Shown piece after piece: positions 1 through 10,495 of a stretch of 64,000 nt of DNA. The stretch's first letter is position 1. Each line of letters opens with the position of its first letter. The notes under the pieces are model-generated. The model saw nothing but the letters and a program-made list of their open reading frames with translations. It was not told the DNA's origin and ran no database searches. The stretch is from Gammaproteobacteria bacterium (GTDB lineage: Bacteria > Pseudomonadota > Gammaproteobacteria > Eutrophobiales > Eutrophobiaceae), in assembly GCA_965116495.1 (NCBI GenBank), contig OZ220696.1, forward strand, positions 768,001 through 832,000, read 5' to 3'. The translations under genes and the position numbers were made by a program.

Positions 1-2
1 TA

Positions 3-404
3 GCCAGACAAATCAATGACAGGTTTGCCGAACTGGATTACCTGCATGATATCGGAGATTTCCAGATAAAGATGTCCGGTTGCATGAACGCCTGCGGGCA
101 TCATCATGTGGGACATATCGGCATTCTCGGCGTAGATAAAAAAGGCAAGGAGTTCTATCAACTGACACTGGGCGGCGCAGCGGGAAATAACGCCAGGCTT
201 GGAGATCGCCTGGGACCGGCAATCGCAAAGGAAAATGTAGCGGAGACGATAGATGAAATACTGCAGGTCTATCTTGACCGGCGTGAAGATGGTGAACAGT
301 TCCTGGAAACCTACCTGCGCGTGGGTATGGAACCGTTCAAGGAAAAAGTCTATGCGGCAGAGATGGAAGAAATGCCGGAGATGAAAGCCGTTGCGGGTTA
401 TTAA
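3..404 (+). CDS. Sulfite/nitrite reductase hemoprotein, C-terminal part (truncated at window edge)
   Basis: Frame is open from position 3 (ARQINDRFAELDYLHDIGDFQIKMSGCMNACGHHH). SGCxNxC is the siroheme/[4Fe-4S] motif. The DUF934 gene follows, as is typical for CysI-like reductases. Confidence 0.9.
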   Translation, partial: ARQINDRFAELDYLHDIGDFQIKMSGCMNACGHHHVGHIGILGVDKKGKEFYQLTLGGAAGNNARLGDRLGPAIAKENVAETIDEILQVYLDRREDGEQFLETYLRVGMEPFKEKVYAAEMEEMPEMKAVAGY

Positions 405-897
405 GTCAGGCCAGGTCCTGGAGGACGGCTGGCAAAGGCTCACTGCCCTGGAACAACAGCAGTCCTTGCCTGACGGGGACTGGATTATTCCCTTTGACTA
501 CTGGCGTGATTACCGGGAAATGCTGGCACGGCATAAAGGCAGGATTGCCGTATGCCTGAATGGTGATGACAGCCTGGAGGACTTCTCCGACTCACTGGGA
601 TCGTTTGAGCTCATCGCCCTGGAATTTCCAAAATTCACGGATGGGCGGAGTTATTCCCATGCCCGATTACTGCGTGACCGCTTCGGTTTCAAGGGTGAGA
701 TACGTGCTGTGGGAGATGTGCTCAGGGATCAGCTGTATTTCATGCAGCGTTGTGGTATTGATTCATTCCAACTCCGGGAAGACAAGAATCCGGAAGATGC
801 TTTGAAAGGATTGTCGGATTATACCGTAAAATACCAGACGGCAGCAGACGGGGCGCCGCCTGTCTATAAGCATAGACAGGCGGGGGGTCTGGAATAG
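391..897 (+). CDS. DUF934 family protein (sulfite-reductase associated)
   Basis: FPKFTDGRSYSHARLLR...RAVGDVLRDQLYFMQRCG motif; overlaps the reductase stop. Confidence 0.9.
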   Translation: MRVIKSGQVLEDGWQRLTALEQQQSLPDGDWIIPFDYWRDYREMLARHKGRIAVCLNGDDSLEDFSDSLGSFELIALEFPKFTDGRSYSHARLLRDRFGFKGEIRAVGDVLRDQLYFMQRCGIDSFQLREDKNPEDALKGLSDYTVKYQTAADGAPPVYKHRQAGGLE

Positions 898-903
898 ATT
901 TAT

Positions 904-1245
904 CTAAGCGTTGAGTGCGTCGATACCCTTTTCCAGATCATCATGGATGCTGAACAGGTTCACAAGACCACTAATTTCAAATATCTTCAAAATATTTTCA
1001 TTCAGCGAACAAACTGCAAATGATCCAGAGTTCTTGGCGAAACTCTTCGTTGCAAAAATCAGTACGCGCAAGCCAGCACTGGAGATGTAATTGACTTCCG
1101 AGAAATTAATGATCATCTTGTTGCAACCACTTTTTATTTCGTCCATGACCTTATCGTGAACCTGTCCTGAGTTGGTTGCATCAACCCGCCCCTTCAAGTT
1201 TAGGATAACTATACCGTCCTGATTTATCGTCTGAATCTCGCTCAT
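904..1245 (-). CDS. STAS-domain anti-sigma factor antagonist (RsbV/SpoIIAA-like)
   Basis: 113 aa; GRVD and YISSAGLRVL (phosphoacceptor Ser) motifs. Confidence 0.92.
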   Translation of the reverse strand: MSEIQTINQDGIVILNLKGRVDATNSGQVHDKVMDEIKSGCNKMIINFSEVNYISSAGLRVLIFATKSFAKNSGSFAVCSLNENILKIFEISGLVNLFSIHDDLEKGIDALNA

Positions 1246-1371
1246 TATTTTTCTCTTGCTTTAATAAGAAGTTGCCAGCCCTGCCATATCCTACATTGTA
1301 ACTATTATTGCATTTGGCTGTCCAGTCATTAATAACTGCTGTTAAATCTACAGTGCATTATAGAATACTGA

Positions 1372-1400
1372 GTGACAAATATATACCCGATTGGTATAAT
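1372..1400 (+). promoter_or_regulatory. Candidate sigma70 promoter for the RsbW-like gene
   Basis: GTGACA (1372-1377), 17-nt spacer, TATAAT (1395-1400) with extended -10 TGn. Confidence 0.6.
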
Positions 1401-1450
1401 ACGCCAGAAAATACAGATAGCAAATCATTCCTTTTCCATGAGGGACGGAT

Positions 1451-1939
1451 ATGAGAAAAAAAGAAAATTGTTTCAAATGGGTGTTATCTGAACTGTCTGA
1501 GTTGCCCGCGTTTTCGGATGAATTCAGGTCGTATTGCGAAGCAAAGAACCTGGACGACGGCAAGATCTTTGAACTGGAACTTTCCCTGGAAGAACTGATT
1601 GTTAACTCCTTTACCCATGGTTACCAGGAAGGGGAGGAAGGAACCGTAGTTGTGGAAGTTGAAGACATTGGTCCCGACATTAAGATCAGTTTGCAGGATC
1701 AGGCCCCGCCTTTTGATTTATTCAGGGATGCGCCGGCGCCCCGTCTTGGAGGAGAAGACCCTGAACCTGATACTGGATTACAACCGGACCTTGTGCCGGT
1801 GCCGGGAATTGAACTTGAACCAAAACAGGAGAAAGAGGGAGGATTGGGGATCCACCTGGTAAAAAGCCTTAATGATCGCGTCGAATACTATGGTTCAAAA
1901 GATGGAAACATAGTGGTCATTATCAAGTCAAAACAGTAA
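1451..1939 (+). CDS. Anti-sigma regulatory Ser/Thr kinase (RsbW-like HATPase)
   Basis: LEELIVNSFTHGY N-box, D..PPFD and GGLGIHLV G-box; Pro/acidic insertion in the lid region. Confidence 0.88.
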   Translation: MRKKENCFKWVLSELSELPAFSDEFRSYCEAKNLDDGKIFELELSLEELIVNSFTHGYQEGEEGTVVVEVEDIGPDIKISLQDQAPPFDLFRDAPAPRLGGEDPEPDTGLQPDLVPVPGIELEPKQEKEGGLGIHLVKSLNDRVEYYGSKDGNIVVIIKSKQ

Positions 1940-1985
1940 CTACACCACTCCGATATTACAGCACGACGGGTATTAGCTTTTACGC

Positions 1986-2082
1986 GCATACGGGGTCAGG
2001 TCGCACAATGCACATGTGAAGGCGCGGCCCCCCAATAACCACACTGAAGTGTTTGTGCATTGTGCGACCTGACCCCGTATGC
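1986..2082. repeat. Perfect 29-bp inverted repeat (REP-doublet/MITE-like) between convergent genes
   Basis: GCATACGGGGTCAGGTCGCACAATGCACA (1986-2014) and its exact reverse complement (2054-2082), with a 39-nt spacer. Confidence 0.9.
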
Positions 2083-2087
2083 ACTGA

Positions 2088-4907
2088 CTACAGGCCGGTA
2101 TACTGAAAAGACAAGATGGTGATGTCATCAAACTGGTCAGCCCGCCCGATGAACCGCAGAACACTTCTGAAGACCGTATTTGTCATCTCGCTGGCATGTT
2201 TAAACTCATTTTCTTTCAACAAATCCTCCAGCCGTTCATCTTCATAGAACTGATCCCGTATATTCTGGGCCTCGGTTACGCCATCGGTGTAGAGCAGCAC
2301 CATATCACCCTTGTCCATTTCAATGATTTTCTGTTCAAATTCTATGCCTTCAAAGGTACCCACCAGCGGCCCCTGGATCTCATCGAGACATACCAGTTCT
2401 CCGGACTGCTTTTTAATAAACGGCAGGTTATGTCCTGCGTTGGTGATGAGCAATTTCCCTGTATTCAAATCCATAATCCCAATGATCAGGGTTACAAACA
2501 TATTGCTGTCATTATTTAGGGATAATTCCCGATTGACTCGGGTGATGATGTCTTTGGTCTGGTCTGTCTGGTCCAGTATTTTATTCAGCAGGGACTTGGT
2601 GACAGACATGAAAAGCGATGCCGGTATACCCTTGCCGGAAACATCTCCCACACAGAAATACACTTTTGTCCCATGCAGTATTGAAAAGTCATAAAAATCC
2701 CCTGAAACACTTTGTGCCGGTTTCAAAAATGCCTCCAGGTTAAAACCCTTACCCTCTATAGGATCAGGCAACATATCCATCTGTACCTTCTGACCAATCC
2801 TGAGATCCTGAGCAAGCTTGTCATTGTGTGACTTGATCACTTTGAAGGCGCCCTTCAGATTCTCGTTGGCCCTGGCAACCTTGGTTCGGCCCCAGATGGA
2901 CATCAGGGTGAGGGTCAGGACTAATGCGGCAGTGAACAAACTGCCTACCAGAGCCTGATTTTTATAGGCCCTGAATGTTGCAAAGGCATCCTGACTGTTG
3001 TATTCATTGATAATGCCGAAACCATAGGTATTGTTCCAGCGCCAGTATCCTACTACCTCCTCTCCCAGATAATTTTCATATTCATCCAGTACTCCGGCGC
3101 TATTACCTGTTATGACGCGCCCGACAGAGAGGGGGAGAACTGACTCTCCGCTGACGTTTCCATGTCGGCTGACACTCATTCCTACGACAGAAGTCGTGTC
3201 GGCGCTTACCCAGCCCTTGTCTAACAGTTCCTCTCTCCAGCGCGGTTCGCTGATAAACCGGCCTTCGGCATCGACCATGTAAATCTCACCGTAATTACCG
3301 GAATAACCCCGTCTCAGAATTTTGGATAACATTCGTTGCGGGGATGCCATGATGAATACGGCGCCTTTGTTGTCATCGATCATGGAACCGAAAACAATAT
3401 TCCTGGACAGCAGGTTATCGGTTGCCCGCCTGTCAGGAAATTCGACAATTGTTTTTTGAATTGCCATTCGTTCCATGGTGCCTTCAGGCAGATCAAACAA
3501 CTTCCCTATCCGGTCCGCCCGATTGCTGGAAATTACAACGCCTTTACGGTCGATGATCATATAGTTTTCGAACAGTTCCGGATCGGCAATGCTCGAATCT
3601 ACCGCAAACAGTTCCAGTTCCTTCTCGACAGAGATGGTTTCCATGTTCTCCGGATCTGCAATCAACGAAGCTGCAAATTCCCGGTGCAGTACATGTTCGG
3701 GTTGATTTTTTATCAGCTCCAGGGTTTCATGGGATACTTGGCGGCTGACCGCCTCGGCAAAGTTGGAAGCATCCCGGCTGGTTTGATATAACCAGTCCAG
3801 TACGGCGCTGTGGGTGGCATCCAGGGTAAACTTCAACTCATCCCTGACCTTTGTATATGATTGAATTCTATTCTCACTTACAAACCACCATGACAGGCCA
3901 AGGGTAAAAAAGGTAATAACGACAGCCGCCACAATAATTGGCCAGTTATTCCAGAAGTTCCTGGCAAAAAATAGCAGGGGGGTGTCTCCTGTGCCGGATT
4001 CCTGGCCTTCCTTGGCGTCGGACTGGGAAGAACCGGACGCCAGACGCCTGGCCAACATGTCGCGCGCCGATGGCTTGCTGCCGGAAGCAGGGGAGGGGTA
4101 TCCGCTGGCGGCCAGACGTTGCGCCAACCTTGACTTCCCTGTGTCTGCACCTTTCTTTCTCAGGGACAGCGCTCCCAGTATCAGGGAAATCAGGGCGAGG
4201 CAGGCAGACAGGCCCAGGGTAATCATTAAAACAAGATTCACCCGGCGTTGTTTATCACGGTAAACTGTAATCTCCCCCGACGTTCTATGATCAATGGCTT
4301 CGAAAAACTTCTCCAGGGGATTCATTATTTTTTCCTTTGCCTTATGATACTCGTCACCGTGCAACAGGTTGCGCGCCAGTTCCTTATCCGGCACTCCCTT
4401 GTTGTAACGTCCCGTTCCGTCTTCAAAGACACCCGCCATGGCATTCATGGCCCGGTTTTCCAGGTTTACAAGTTCGTTGGATTCATTTTCTGTTTCCTGT
4501 AACAAAGCAAATTCTGTTTCCGTAAAATCTGCTTCTTTCATTAGCTGTTTCAATGAGTTGGCAGGTGTATCCACGCGGGGGGACGTGCCTGTCGCGGCGA
4601 CGAAATCCCAGTAGATGTTGTGATAATCCACTGGGCGCGGCGCATCTCCGTCCCTTATGGCCAGAATTCTTTCGAAGTACTCCTTGTATTTTTGATCACC
4701 CGTCACGGTATAGGTCCTTGCCATGCGGGTAAGGTCATCGGAGCTTTGCCGTAATTCATCAGCCAGCAGGTATGAGTTGTACCTTTTTGCAGCCGAATCA
4801 AGGATCTTCTCTTCATTTTCAAGTACTTTCATATAGAGAAACAGCGAGACCAGCATGAGCGTCACGATAGACGCAAAAATCAAAATGAAGTTTTTTTGTA
4901 GGTCCAT
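2088..4907 (-). CDS. Membrane-bound PP2C/SpoIIE (RsbU-like) phosphatase with two extracytoplasmic sensor regions
   Basis: C-terminal VSGDFYD, GDVSGKG, NAGH, YTDGVTEA and DDIT motifs; four hydrophobic segments; N-terminal SYLLADELRQSSDDLTRMARTY sensor motif. Confidence 0.9.
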   Translation of the reverse strand: MDLQKNFILIFASIVTLMLVSLFLYMKVLENEEKILDSAAKRYNSYLLADELRQSSDDLTRMARTYTVTGDQKYKEYFERILAIRDGDAPRPVDYHNIYWDFVAATGTSPRVDTPANSLKQLMKEADFTETEFALLQETENESNELVNLENRAMNAMAGVFEDGTGRYNKGVPDKELARNLLHGDEYHKAKEKIMNPLEKFFEAIDHRTSGEITVYRDKQRRVNLVLMITLGLSACLALISLILGALSLRKKGADTGKSRLAQRLAASGYPSPASGSKPSARDMLARRLASGSSQSDAKEGQESGTGDTPLLFFARNFWNNWPIIVAAVVITFFTLGLSWWFVSENRIQSYTKVRDELKFTLDATHSAVLDWLYQTSRDASNFAEAVSRQVSHETLELIKNQPEHVLHREFAASLIADPENMETISVEKELELFAVDSSIADPELFENYMIIDRKGVVISSNRADRIGKLFDLPEGTMERMAIQKTIVEFPDRRATDNLLSRNIVFGSMIDDNKGAVFIMASPQRMLSKILRRGYSGNYGEIYMVDAEGRFISEPRWREELLDKGWVSADTTSVVGMSVSRHGNVSGESVLPLSVGRVITGNSAGVLDEYENYLGEEVVGYWRWNNTYGFGIINEYNSQDAFATFRAYKNQALVGSLFTAALVLTLTLMSIWGRTKVARANENLKGAFKVIKSHNDKLAQDLRIGQKVQMDMLPDPIEGKGFNLEAFLKPAQSVSGDFYDFSILHGTKVYFCVGDVSGKGIPASLFMSVTKSLLNKILDQTDQTKDIITRVNRELSLNNDSNMFVTLIIGIMDLNTGKLLITNAGHNLPFIKKQSGELVCLDEIQGPLVGTFEGIEFEQKIIEMDKGDMVLLYTDGVTEAQNIRDQFYEDERLEDLLKENEFKHASEMTNTVFRSVLRFIGRADQFDDITILSFQYTGL

Positions 4908-4989
4908 AGCTATCGCAGCCCGTCAGGGGTTATTACTCTCTGTTTGGATACCTGGTATTGCGCAGAAACCGACGCTGGGGATAGCACAA

Positions 4990-5454
4990 TTAAAACGGAA
5001 TATCGTCATCAACAAACTCACCGCCGTTGCCGGGACTGTTCTCCTGCTGTGCAGGAGTGTTTGTGGCGGCCTGTTTGCGCACCGGTGCGGAAGACCCGAC
5101 AAATTCTTCAGTAGCGCCCCTGCTATCCAGCATCTGCATTTCATTGGCCACGATTTCAGTCGTGTACCGATCATTTCCATCGCGGTCCTGCCATTTCCGT
5201 GTTTGCAACCGTCCTTCCACGTAGACCTTTGAGCCTTTACGGAGATATTCAGACACTATCTCCGCTAACCGGCTGAAAAAGACAACCCGGTGCCATTCCG
5301 TGCGTTCCTGCATATCACCCGTTTCCTTATCCCGCCATGCTTCAGAGGTTGCCAGACTGACGTTGGCAATAGGCGAGCCGCCGGACGTATACCTTACATC
5401 CGGATCGTTTCCCAGGTTTCCAATTAGGATGACTTTGTTAATTCCTCTGGCCAT
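4990..5454 (-). CDS. ssb: Single-stranded DNA-binding protein
   Basis: [18 protein letters not shown] and C-terminal DDIPF; divergent from uvrA. Confidence 0.98.
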   Translation of the reverse strand: MARGINKVILIGNLGNDPDVRYTSGGSPIANVSLATSEAWRDKETGDMQERTEWHRVVFFSRLAEIVSEYLRKGSKVYVEGRLQTRKWQDRDGNDRYTTEIVANEMQMLDSRGATEEFVGSSAPVRKQAATNTPAQQENSPGNGGEFVDDDIPF

Positions 5455-5607
5455 AATTCCACTCCTTTCTGATTGTATTTACTTGACAAAAACAATGGCG
5501 CTTGTCCTGTTGTTTTCTCATCCGGGGATAAAACCCGGTTGGACTAATGCAAGTCATCCCTTATATTAGCAGGTTAAGAAAAATTCAGCCAAACTAATAC
5601 AGTTATC

Positions 5608-8487
5608 GTGGATACCATACGAATCAGGGGCGCCAGGACCCACAACCTGAAGAACATCAACCTGGATTTTCCCAGGGACCGAATGATTGTGATCACAGGT
5701 TTGTCGGGGTCGGGCAAGTCATCCCTGGCGTTTGATACCATCTATGCCGACGGCCAGCGCCGCTACGTGGAGTCCCTTTCCGCCTATGCCAGGCAGTTCC
5801 TGTCCATGATGGAAAAGCCGGACGTGGATCACATAGAAGGACTGTCGCCGGCCATCAGCATAGAACAGAAGTCGACATCTCATAACCCGCGTTCGACCGT
5901 GGGCACTATTACCGAGATCTATGATTACCTGCGCCTGTTATTTGCGCGGGTGGGGGAACCGCGCTGTCCAGAACACCAGATGCCCCTGGCAGCCCAGACC
6001 ATCAGCCAGATGGTGGACCAGATTACCGAACAACCCCATGGTCGTCGGTTAATGTTGCTGGCGCCCGTGGTACAAGGCAGAAAGGGTGAACATATACAGC
6101 ATATTGAGAGAATCAGGGCTGAAGGTTTCGTACGTGCCCGTATCGACGGTAAAGTGGTTGAACTGGATAGTGTCCCGGCATTGGACCTGCGCAGAAAACA
6201 TACAATCGAAGTTGTAGTAGACCGCTTTCGGGTACGTCCCGATATCGGTTTACGGCTGGCCGAATCCCTCGAAACCGCTGTGCGCCTCTCGGACGGACTG
6301 GCGATTGTGGCGTCCATTGAGGACCCCGCTGCGGATGAGATGGTGTTCTCAACCCGGTTTGCCTGTTCGTTATGCGGTTACAGCCTGAGTGAACTGGAAC
6401 CCAGGTTATTTTCCTTTAATAATCCTGTCGGCGCGTGCCCCCGTTGCGACGGTCTTGGCGTCATTCAGTTTTTTGATGCCGGCAAGATCATCCAGGACCG
6501 TTCCCTGAGCTTGCCCGAAGGCGCCATACGCGGTTGGGACAGGCGCAATGCTTATTATTTTCAATTAATCAAATCGCTCGCCAGGCACTACGGGTTTGCA
6601 ATTGATACGCCGTTTGCCGAACTGGGTGAACAAATCCGGCAGGTGATTCTGCACGGCAGCGGTGGTGAGGAAATCGAATTTGAATACCTGCACAGCAAAC
6701 GCGGCGTCGTCCGACGTACACATAGCTTTGAGGGCGTCATCCCTAATATGCAGCGCCGCTATCGGGAGACCGAATCGGTCATGATCAGGGAAGACCTGAA
6801 CAAATACCAGAGCAGCCAGCCTTGTCCGTCCTGTAGCGGCCAGCGCCTTAACGAAGCTGCCCGGCATGTGTTTGTAAGTAATACCAACCTGCCGACAATC
6901 ACTGCTTTGCCCGTCATGCAGGCGCAGGCTTTTTTTCAGCGTCTGGTAATCCCCGGACAACGCGGGGAAATTGCTGCGCGCATACTGAAAGAGGTGGAGG
7001 ACCGGTTGCGCTTTCTTGTCAATGTAGGCCTGGATTACCTGACCCTTGACAGGAGTGCGGAAACCCTGTCAGGCGGCGAGGCCCAGCGCATCCGTCTGGC
7101 GAGCCAGATAGGGGCTGGTCTGGTCGGCGTCATGTACGTCCTGGATGAACCTTCGATAGGCCTGCATCAACGGGATAATAAACGGCTGCTGGCAACTTTA
7201 CAGCAATTGAGGGACCTGGGTAATACGGTTATCGTTGTTGAGCATGATGAAGAGGCAATCAATGCGGCTGACCACGTCATCGATATGGGTCCCGGCGCCG
7301 GAGTTCACGGCGGCAGAGTGGTTGTGCAGGGTATCCCGCAGGACATCGCCCAATGCGAGGATTCGTTGACCGGCGCATACCTGGCGGGGCGGGAGCGTAT
7401 AGCTATCCCGCCAGCGCGTGTCAAGCCTGACCCTGAGCATGTGGTAGTACTGACCGGCGCTACGGGAAACAACCTGAAATCCATACAACTGGAACTGCCG
7501 CTTGGCCTGATGACCTGTGTTACCGGAGTTTCAGGCTCGGGCAAGTCAACCCTGATCAACGATACGTTATACCGTATCGCTGCGGGCGAACTGAATCACG
7601 CAGGAACCAGGCCGGCGCCTTACCATTCCATATCCGGTCTGGACTATATCGATAAGGTGGTGGATATCAATCAAAGCCCTATCGGTCGCACGCCGCGTTC
7701 GAATCCGGCTACGTATACCGGTTTGTTTACACCAATCCGGGAACTGTTCGCAGCCACCCAGGAAGCGCGTTCCAGGGGATATAAACCCGGCCGCTTCAGT
7801 TTCAATGTCAAGGGAGGACGTTGTGAATCCTGCCAGGGAGACGGACTCATCAAGGTCGAAATGCACTTTTTGCCGGATATCTACGTAATGTGCGATGTCT
7901 GTAAGGGCAAGCGCTATAACAGGGAGACCCTGCAGGTCAGGTACAAGGGTAAAAACATCCATGAAATACTGGAAATGACGGTGGAAGATGCACGAGAGTT
8001 TTTCTCTGCAGTTCCCGTCATCGCCCGCAAACTGCAAACCCTGGTGGACGTCGGACTGGCCTACATCCGTCTCGGTCAAAATGCGACGACGCTGTCCGGG
8101 GGTGAAGCGCAACGGGTGAAACTGTCCAGAGAGTTGTCCAAACGGGATACCGGTAAGACCCTGTATATACTGGATGAACCGACTACCGGCCTGCATTTCC
8201 ATGATGTAAAACAGCTTCTCGGCGTCTTGCACAGATTACGCGATCATGGCAATACCGTGGTCGTGATCGAGCATAACCTGGATGTAATTAAAACTGCGGA
8301 CTGGATTATAGACCTGGGACCTGAAGGCGGGGACGGCGGGGGCCAAATCATCGCAACCGGCACACCGGAAGACCTGACAAAGCAGGTGCGCTCTTATACC
8401 GGCCGCTACCTGGCGTCAATTATCAGGAAACACAGAACCGTTAAACCTGAAAAGATCGTAAGACAGGCAAGGTTATTATCGAATTAA
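5608..8487 (+). CDS. uvrA: Excinuclease ABC subunit A
   Basis: Two Walker A motifs ([16 protein letters not shown]), two LSGGEAQR signatures, zinc fingers. Confidence 0.99.
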   Translation: MDTIRIRGARTHNLKNINLDFPRDRMIVITGLSGSGKSSLAFDTIYADGQRRYVESLSAYARQFLSMMEKPDVDHIEGLSPAISIEQKSTSHNPRSTVGTITEIYDYLRLLFARVGEPRCPEHQMPLAAQTISQMVDQITEQPHGRRLMLLAPVVQGRKGEHIQHIERIRAEGFVRARIDGKVVELDSVPALDLRRKHTIEVVVDRFRVRPDIGLRLAESLETAVRLSDGLAIVASIEDPAADEMVFSTRFACSLCGYSLSELEPRLFSFNNPVGACPRCDGLGVIQFFDAGKIIQDRSLSLPEGAIRGWDRRNAYYFQLIKSLARHYGFAIDTPFAELGEQIRQVILHGSGGEEIEFEYLHSKRGVVRRTHSFEGVIPNMQRRYRETESVMIREDLNKYQSSQPCPSCSGQRLNEAARHVFVSNTNLPTITALPVMQAQAFFQRLVIPGQRGEIAARILKEVEDRLRFLVNVGLDYLTLDRSAETLSGGEAQRIRLASQIGAGLVGVMYVLDEPSIGLHQRDNKRLLATLQQLRDLGNTVIVVEHDEEAINAADHVIDMGPGAGVHGGRVVVQGIPQDIAQCEDSLTGAYLAGRERIAIPPARVKPDPEHVVVLTGATGNNLKSIQLELPLGLMTCVTGVSGSGKSTLINDTLYRIAAGELNHAGTRPAPYHSISGLDYIDKVVDINQSPIGRTPRSNPATYTGLFTPIRELFAATQEARSRGYKPGRFSFNVKGGRCESCQGDGLIKVEMHFLPDIYVMCDVCKGKRYNRETLQVRYKGKNIHEILEMTVEDAREFFSAVPVIARKLQTLVDVGLAYIRLGQNATTLSGGEAQRVKLSRELSKRDTGKTLYILDEPTTGLHFHDVKQLLGVLHRLRDHGNTVVVIEHNLDVIKTADWIIDLGPEGGDGGGQIIATGTPEDLTKQVRSYTGRYLASIIRKHRTVKPEKIVRQARLLSN

Positions 8488-8601
8488 GGACATGCGCACA
8501 GCCTTGGATGTATAATAGAGTTGCCAGGCAGGCCGAAATTACACTGAAATCAAGCGCCCGGCTCGTTCTATTACTCCCGTTATTAATATAATACCAATTT
8601 T

Positions 8602-9537
8602 ATGACTGCACTCATCTGCGGCTCTTTTGCCTATGACCACATCATGGTGTTTCCCGGGCGTTTCAAGGAACACATACTGCCGGATAAAATTCACCTGCTG
8701 AACGTTTGCTTCGTGGTGCCCGATATGCAGCGCGAGTTTGGCGGTTGCGGCGGCAATATAATCTATAACACGAGGTTGTTGAATACCGATTGTGTGCCTA
8801 TGGGTACGGTAGGGATTGACTTTGCCGCATACAGGGAATGGCTGCAGAAAAACGGGATAGACCAGCGGCACCTGCGAGTGATAGGCGATACTTATACCGC
8901 GCAATGTTTTATCACTACGGACCTGGATAATAACCAGATCACGACGTTTCAGACCGGCGCCATGGCTCAGTCCCATGAAAACAAGGTGTCCATGGCGGAG
9001 GGTATCAGTATCGGCATCGTTGCCCCGGACGGCAAGGAAGGAATGCTGCAGCATGCCCGGCAATTTGCCGAGGCCGGGATACCGTTTATCTTCGACCCTG
9101 GCCAGAACGTTACCGTACTTTCCCGTGATGAACTGTTGAGCAGTTTCGAATTTGCGACGTGGCTGGTTTTCAATGATTATGAATGGCAACTGGTCGAAGA
9201 CAAGACGGGCTTGACTACAACCAGTGTCATGGACCTGGTGGAAACGCTGGTTGTTACACAGGGTGCATCAGGTTCCATCATTTATACCCGCGGGAAGCAC
9301 CTCGATATCCCGCCAGCCAGGGCTGTCCGCCTGGTTGATCCGACCGGTTGCGGCGATGCTTACCGAGCCGGGTTGTTATACGGCCTGATGCAGGATATGG
9401 ATTGGGATACGACCGGCAGGATTGCCTCACTGATGGGAAAAATAAAGATCGAAATGCGAGGTACGCAGAATCACACATTCGCCCGGCAGGAATTTGAGGA
9501 TTCATTCAAACATTACTTCGGTTATTCTTTTTGCTGA
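8602..9537 (+). CDS. PfkB-family carbohydrate/nucleoside kinase (adenosine kinase-like)
   Basis: GSFAYD, GGCGGN and DPTGCGDAYRAG signatures. Confidence 0.9.
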   Translation: MTALICGSFAYDHIMVFPGRFKEHILPDKIHLLNVCFVVPDMQREFGGCGGNIIYNTRLLNTDCVPMGTVGIDFAAYREWLQKNGIDQRHLRVIGDTYTAQCFITTDLDNNQITTFQTGAMAQSHENKVSMAEGISIGIVAPDGKEGMLQHARQFAEAGIPFIFDPGQNVTVLSRDELLSSFEFATWLVFNDYEWQLVEDKTGLTTTSVMDLVETLVVTQGASGSIIYTRGKHLDIPPARAVRLVDPTGCGDAYRAGLLYGLMQDMDWDTTGRIASLMGKIKIEMRGTQNHTFARQEFEDSFKHYFGYSFC

Positions 9538-9606
9538 ACAGCAATGAATACCAATGGGGACCGATTTACGTCCGTTCCCGGTCGCCCCTGTTTCAATGGG
9601 ATGAAT

Positions 9607-9635
9607 TTGCAACTTCACTGTCTATACACTATACT
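9607..9635 (+). promoter_or_regulatory. Sigma70 promoter of the rpsF operon
   Basis: TTGCAA, 17 nt, TATACT, followed by a GC-rich discriminator (GCGCCC). Confidence 0.75.
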
Positions 9636-9644
9636 GCGCCCTCG

Positions 9645-9690
9645 ATCCTTGCCTCACCGCATTGACGGGAGGCTGAACCCATGAGGACAT
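9645..9690 (+). promoter_or_regulatory. rpsF leader (S6:S18 autoregulatory RNA element)
   Basis: CCTTGCCTC...GGGAGGCTGAACCC-ATGAGGA: a GCCTC/GAGGC stem followed by CC(R) next to the RBS, as recalled for gammaproteobacterial rpsF leaders. Confidence 0.7.
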
Positions 9691-9694
9691 GACA

Positions 9695-10162
9695 ATGAGA
9701 CATTATGAAATCGTGTTTCTGGTCCACCCGGACCAGAGCGAACAGGTCCCTGCCATGATTGACCGGTACCGTTCCATGATCGAGTCTAACCAGGGTGTAA
9801 TCCATCGCCTGGAAGACTGGGGACGGCGGCAACTGGCTTATCCCATCAACAAGATTCATAAGGCACATTACGTGTTAATGAACATAGAGTGTGACCAGGT
9901 CACCCTGGACCAGTTGAATAACGCTTTCAGGTTCAATGACGCGGTTATTCGCGATCTTGTTTTCCGCAGGGAAAGTGCTGTCATAGATCCTTCGCCACTG
10001 GTAAAAGCCACAGAGCAGGACCAGGAAGAAGAGTTTGGCGGCAGTATGGACCAGGTTGTTCCTCCGAATACAGACAAGGACTACACTGGAGATAAGGAGG
10101 ATGAGCAACAAACCGGTTCAGTTCAGGAAGAGGATGAGCCTGAAGTTAAAGAAAGCGCTTGA
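9695..10162 (+). CDS. rpsF: 30S ribosomal protein S6 with long acidic tail
   Basis: [18 protein letters not shown]...[12 protein letters not shown]; the second ATG (9695) is the likely start. Confidence 0.98.
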   Translation: MRHYEIVFLVHPDQSEQVPAMIDRYRSMIESNQGVIHRLEDWGRRQLAYPINKIHKAHYVLMNIECDQVTLDQLNNAFRFNDAVIRDLVFRRESAVIDPSPLVKATEQDQEEEFGGSMDQVVPPNTDKDYTGDKEDEQQTGSVQEEDEPEVKESA

Positions 10163-10255
10163 TCTGACCTTGCGGAGCACACTCATGGCGCCGGTGTGAA
10201 ACGCGGGTCGATAATGACACAACACAGACAGTCGAACAACCACCTCAGGTGACAC

Positions 10256-10480
10256 ATGGCGAGATATTTTAGAAGAAAGCGGTTTTGCAAGTTTTCTGCT
10301 GAAGGTATTGATGAAATTGATTATAAAGATATCAATACGTTAAAAGCATATATTACTGAAACAGGCAAAATTGTGCCCAGCAGGATATCCGGCACTAAAG
10401 CTAAATACCAGCGGCAGCTGGCTACAGCAATCAAGCGCGCGAGATACCTGTCGTTGCTGCCCTACAGCGACGCCCATTAG
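10256..10480 (+). CDS. rpsR: 30S ribosomal protein S18
   Basis: IDYKD...[11 protein letters not shown]...[13 protein letters not shown]. Confidence 0.99.
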   Translation: MARYFRRKRFCKFSAEGIDEIDYKDINTLKAYITETGKIVPSRISGTKAKYQRQLATAIKRARYLSLLPYSDAH

Positions 10481-10495
10481 AAGATTACCTGGCTG

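Noticed and set aside
5455-5607. LexA box between ssb and uvrA (and upstream of dinB)
   Set aside because: No CTG-N10-CAG match found by eye in either region.
7567-8232. Long antisense ORFs (here and at e.g. 44883-45638, 47674-48459, 57025-57678)
   Set aside because: Shadows of well-supported genes on the opposite strand, expected at this GC content.
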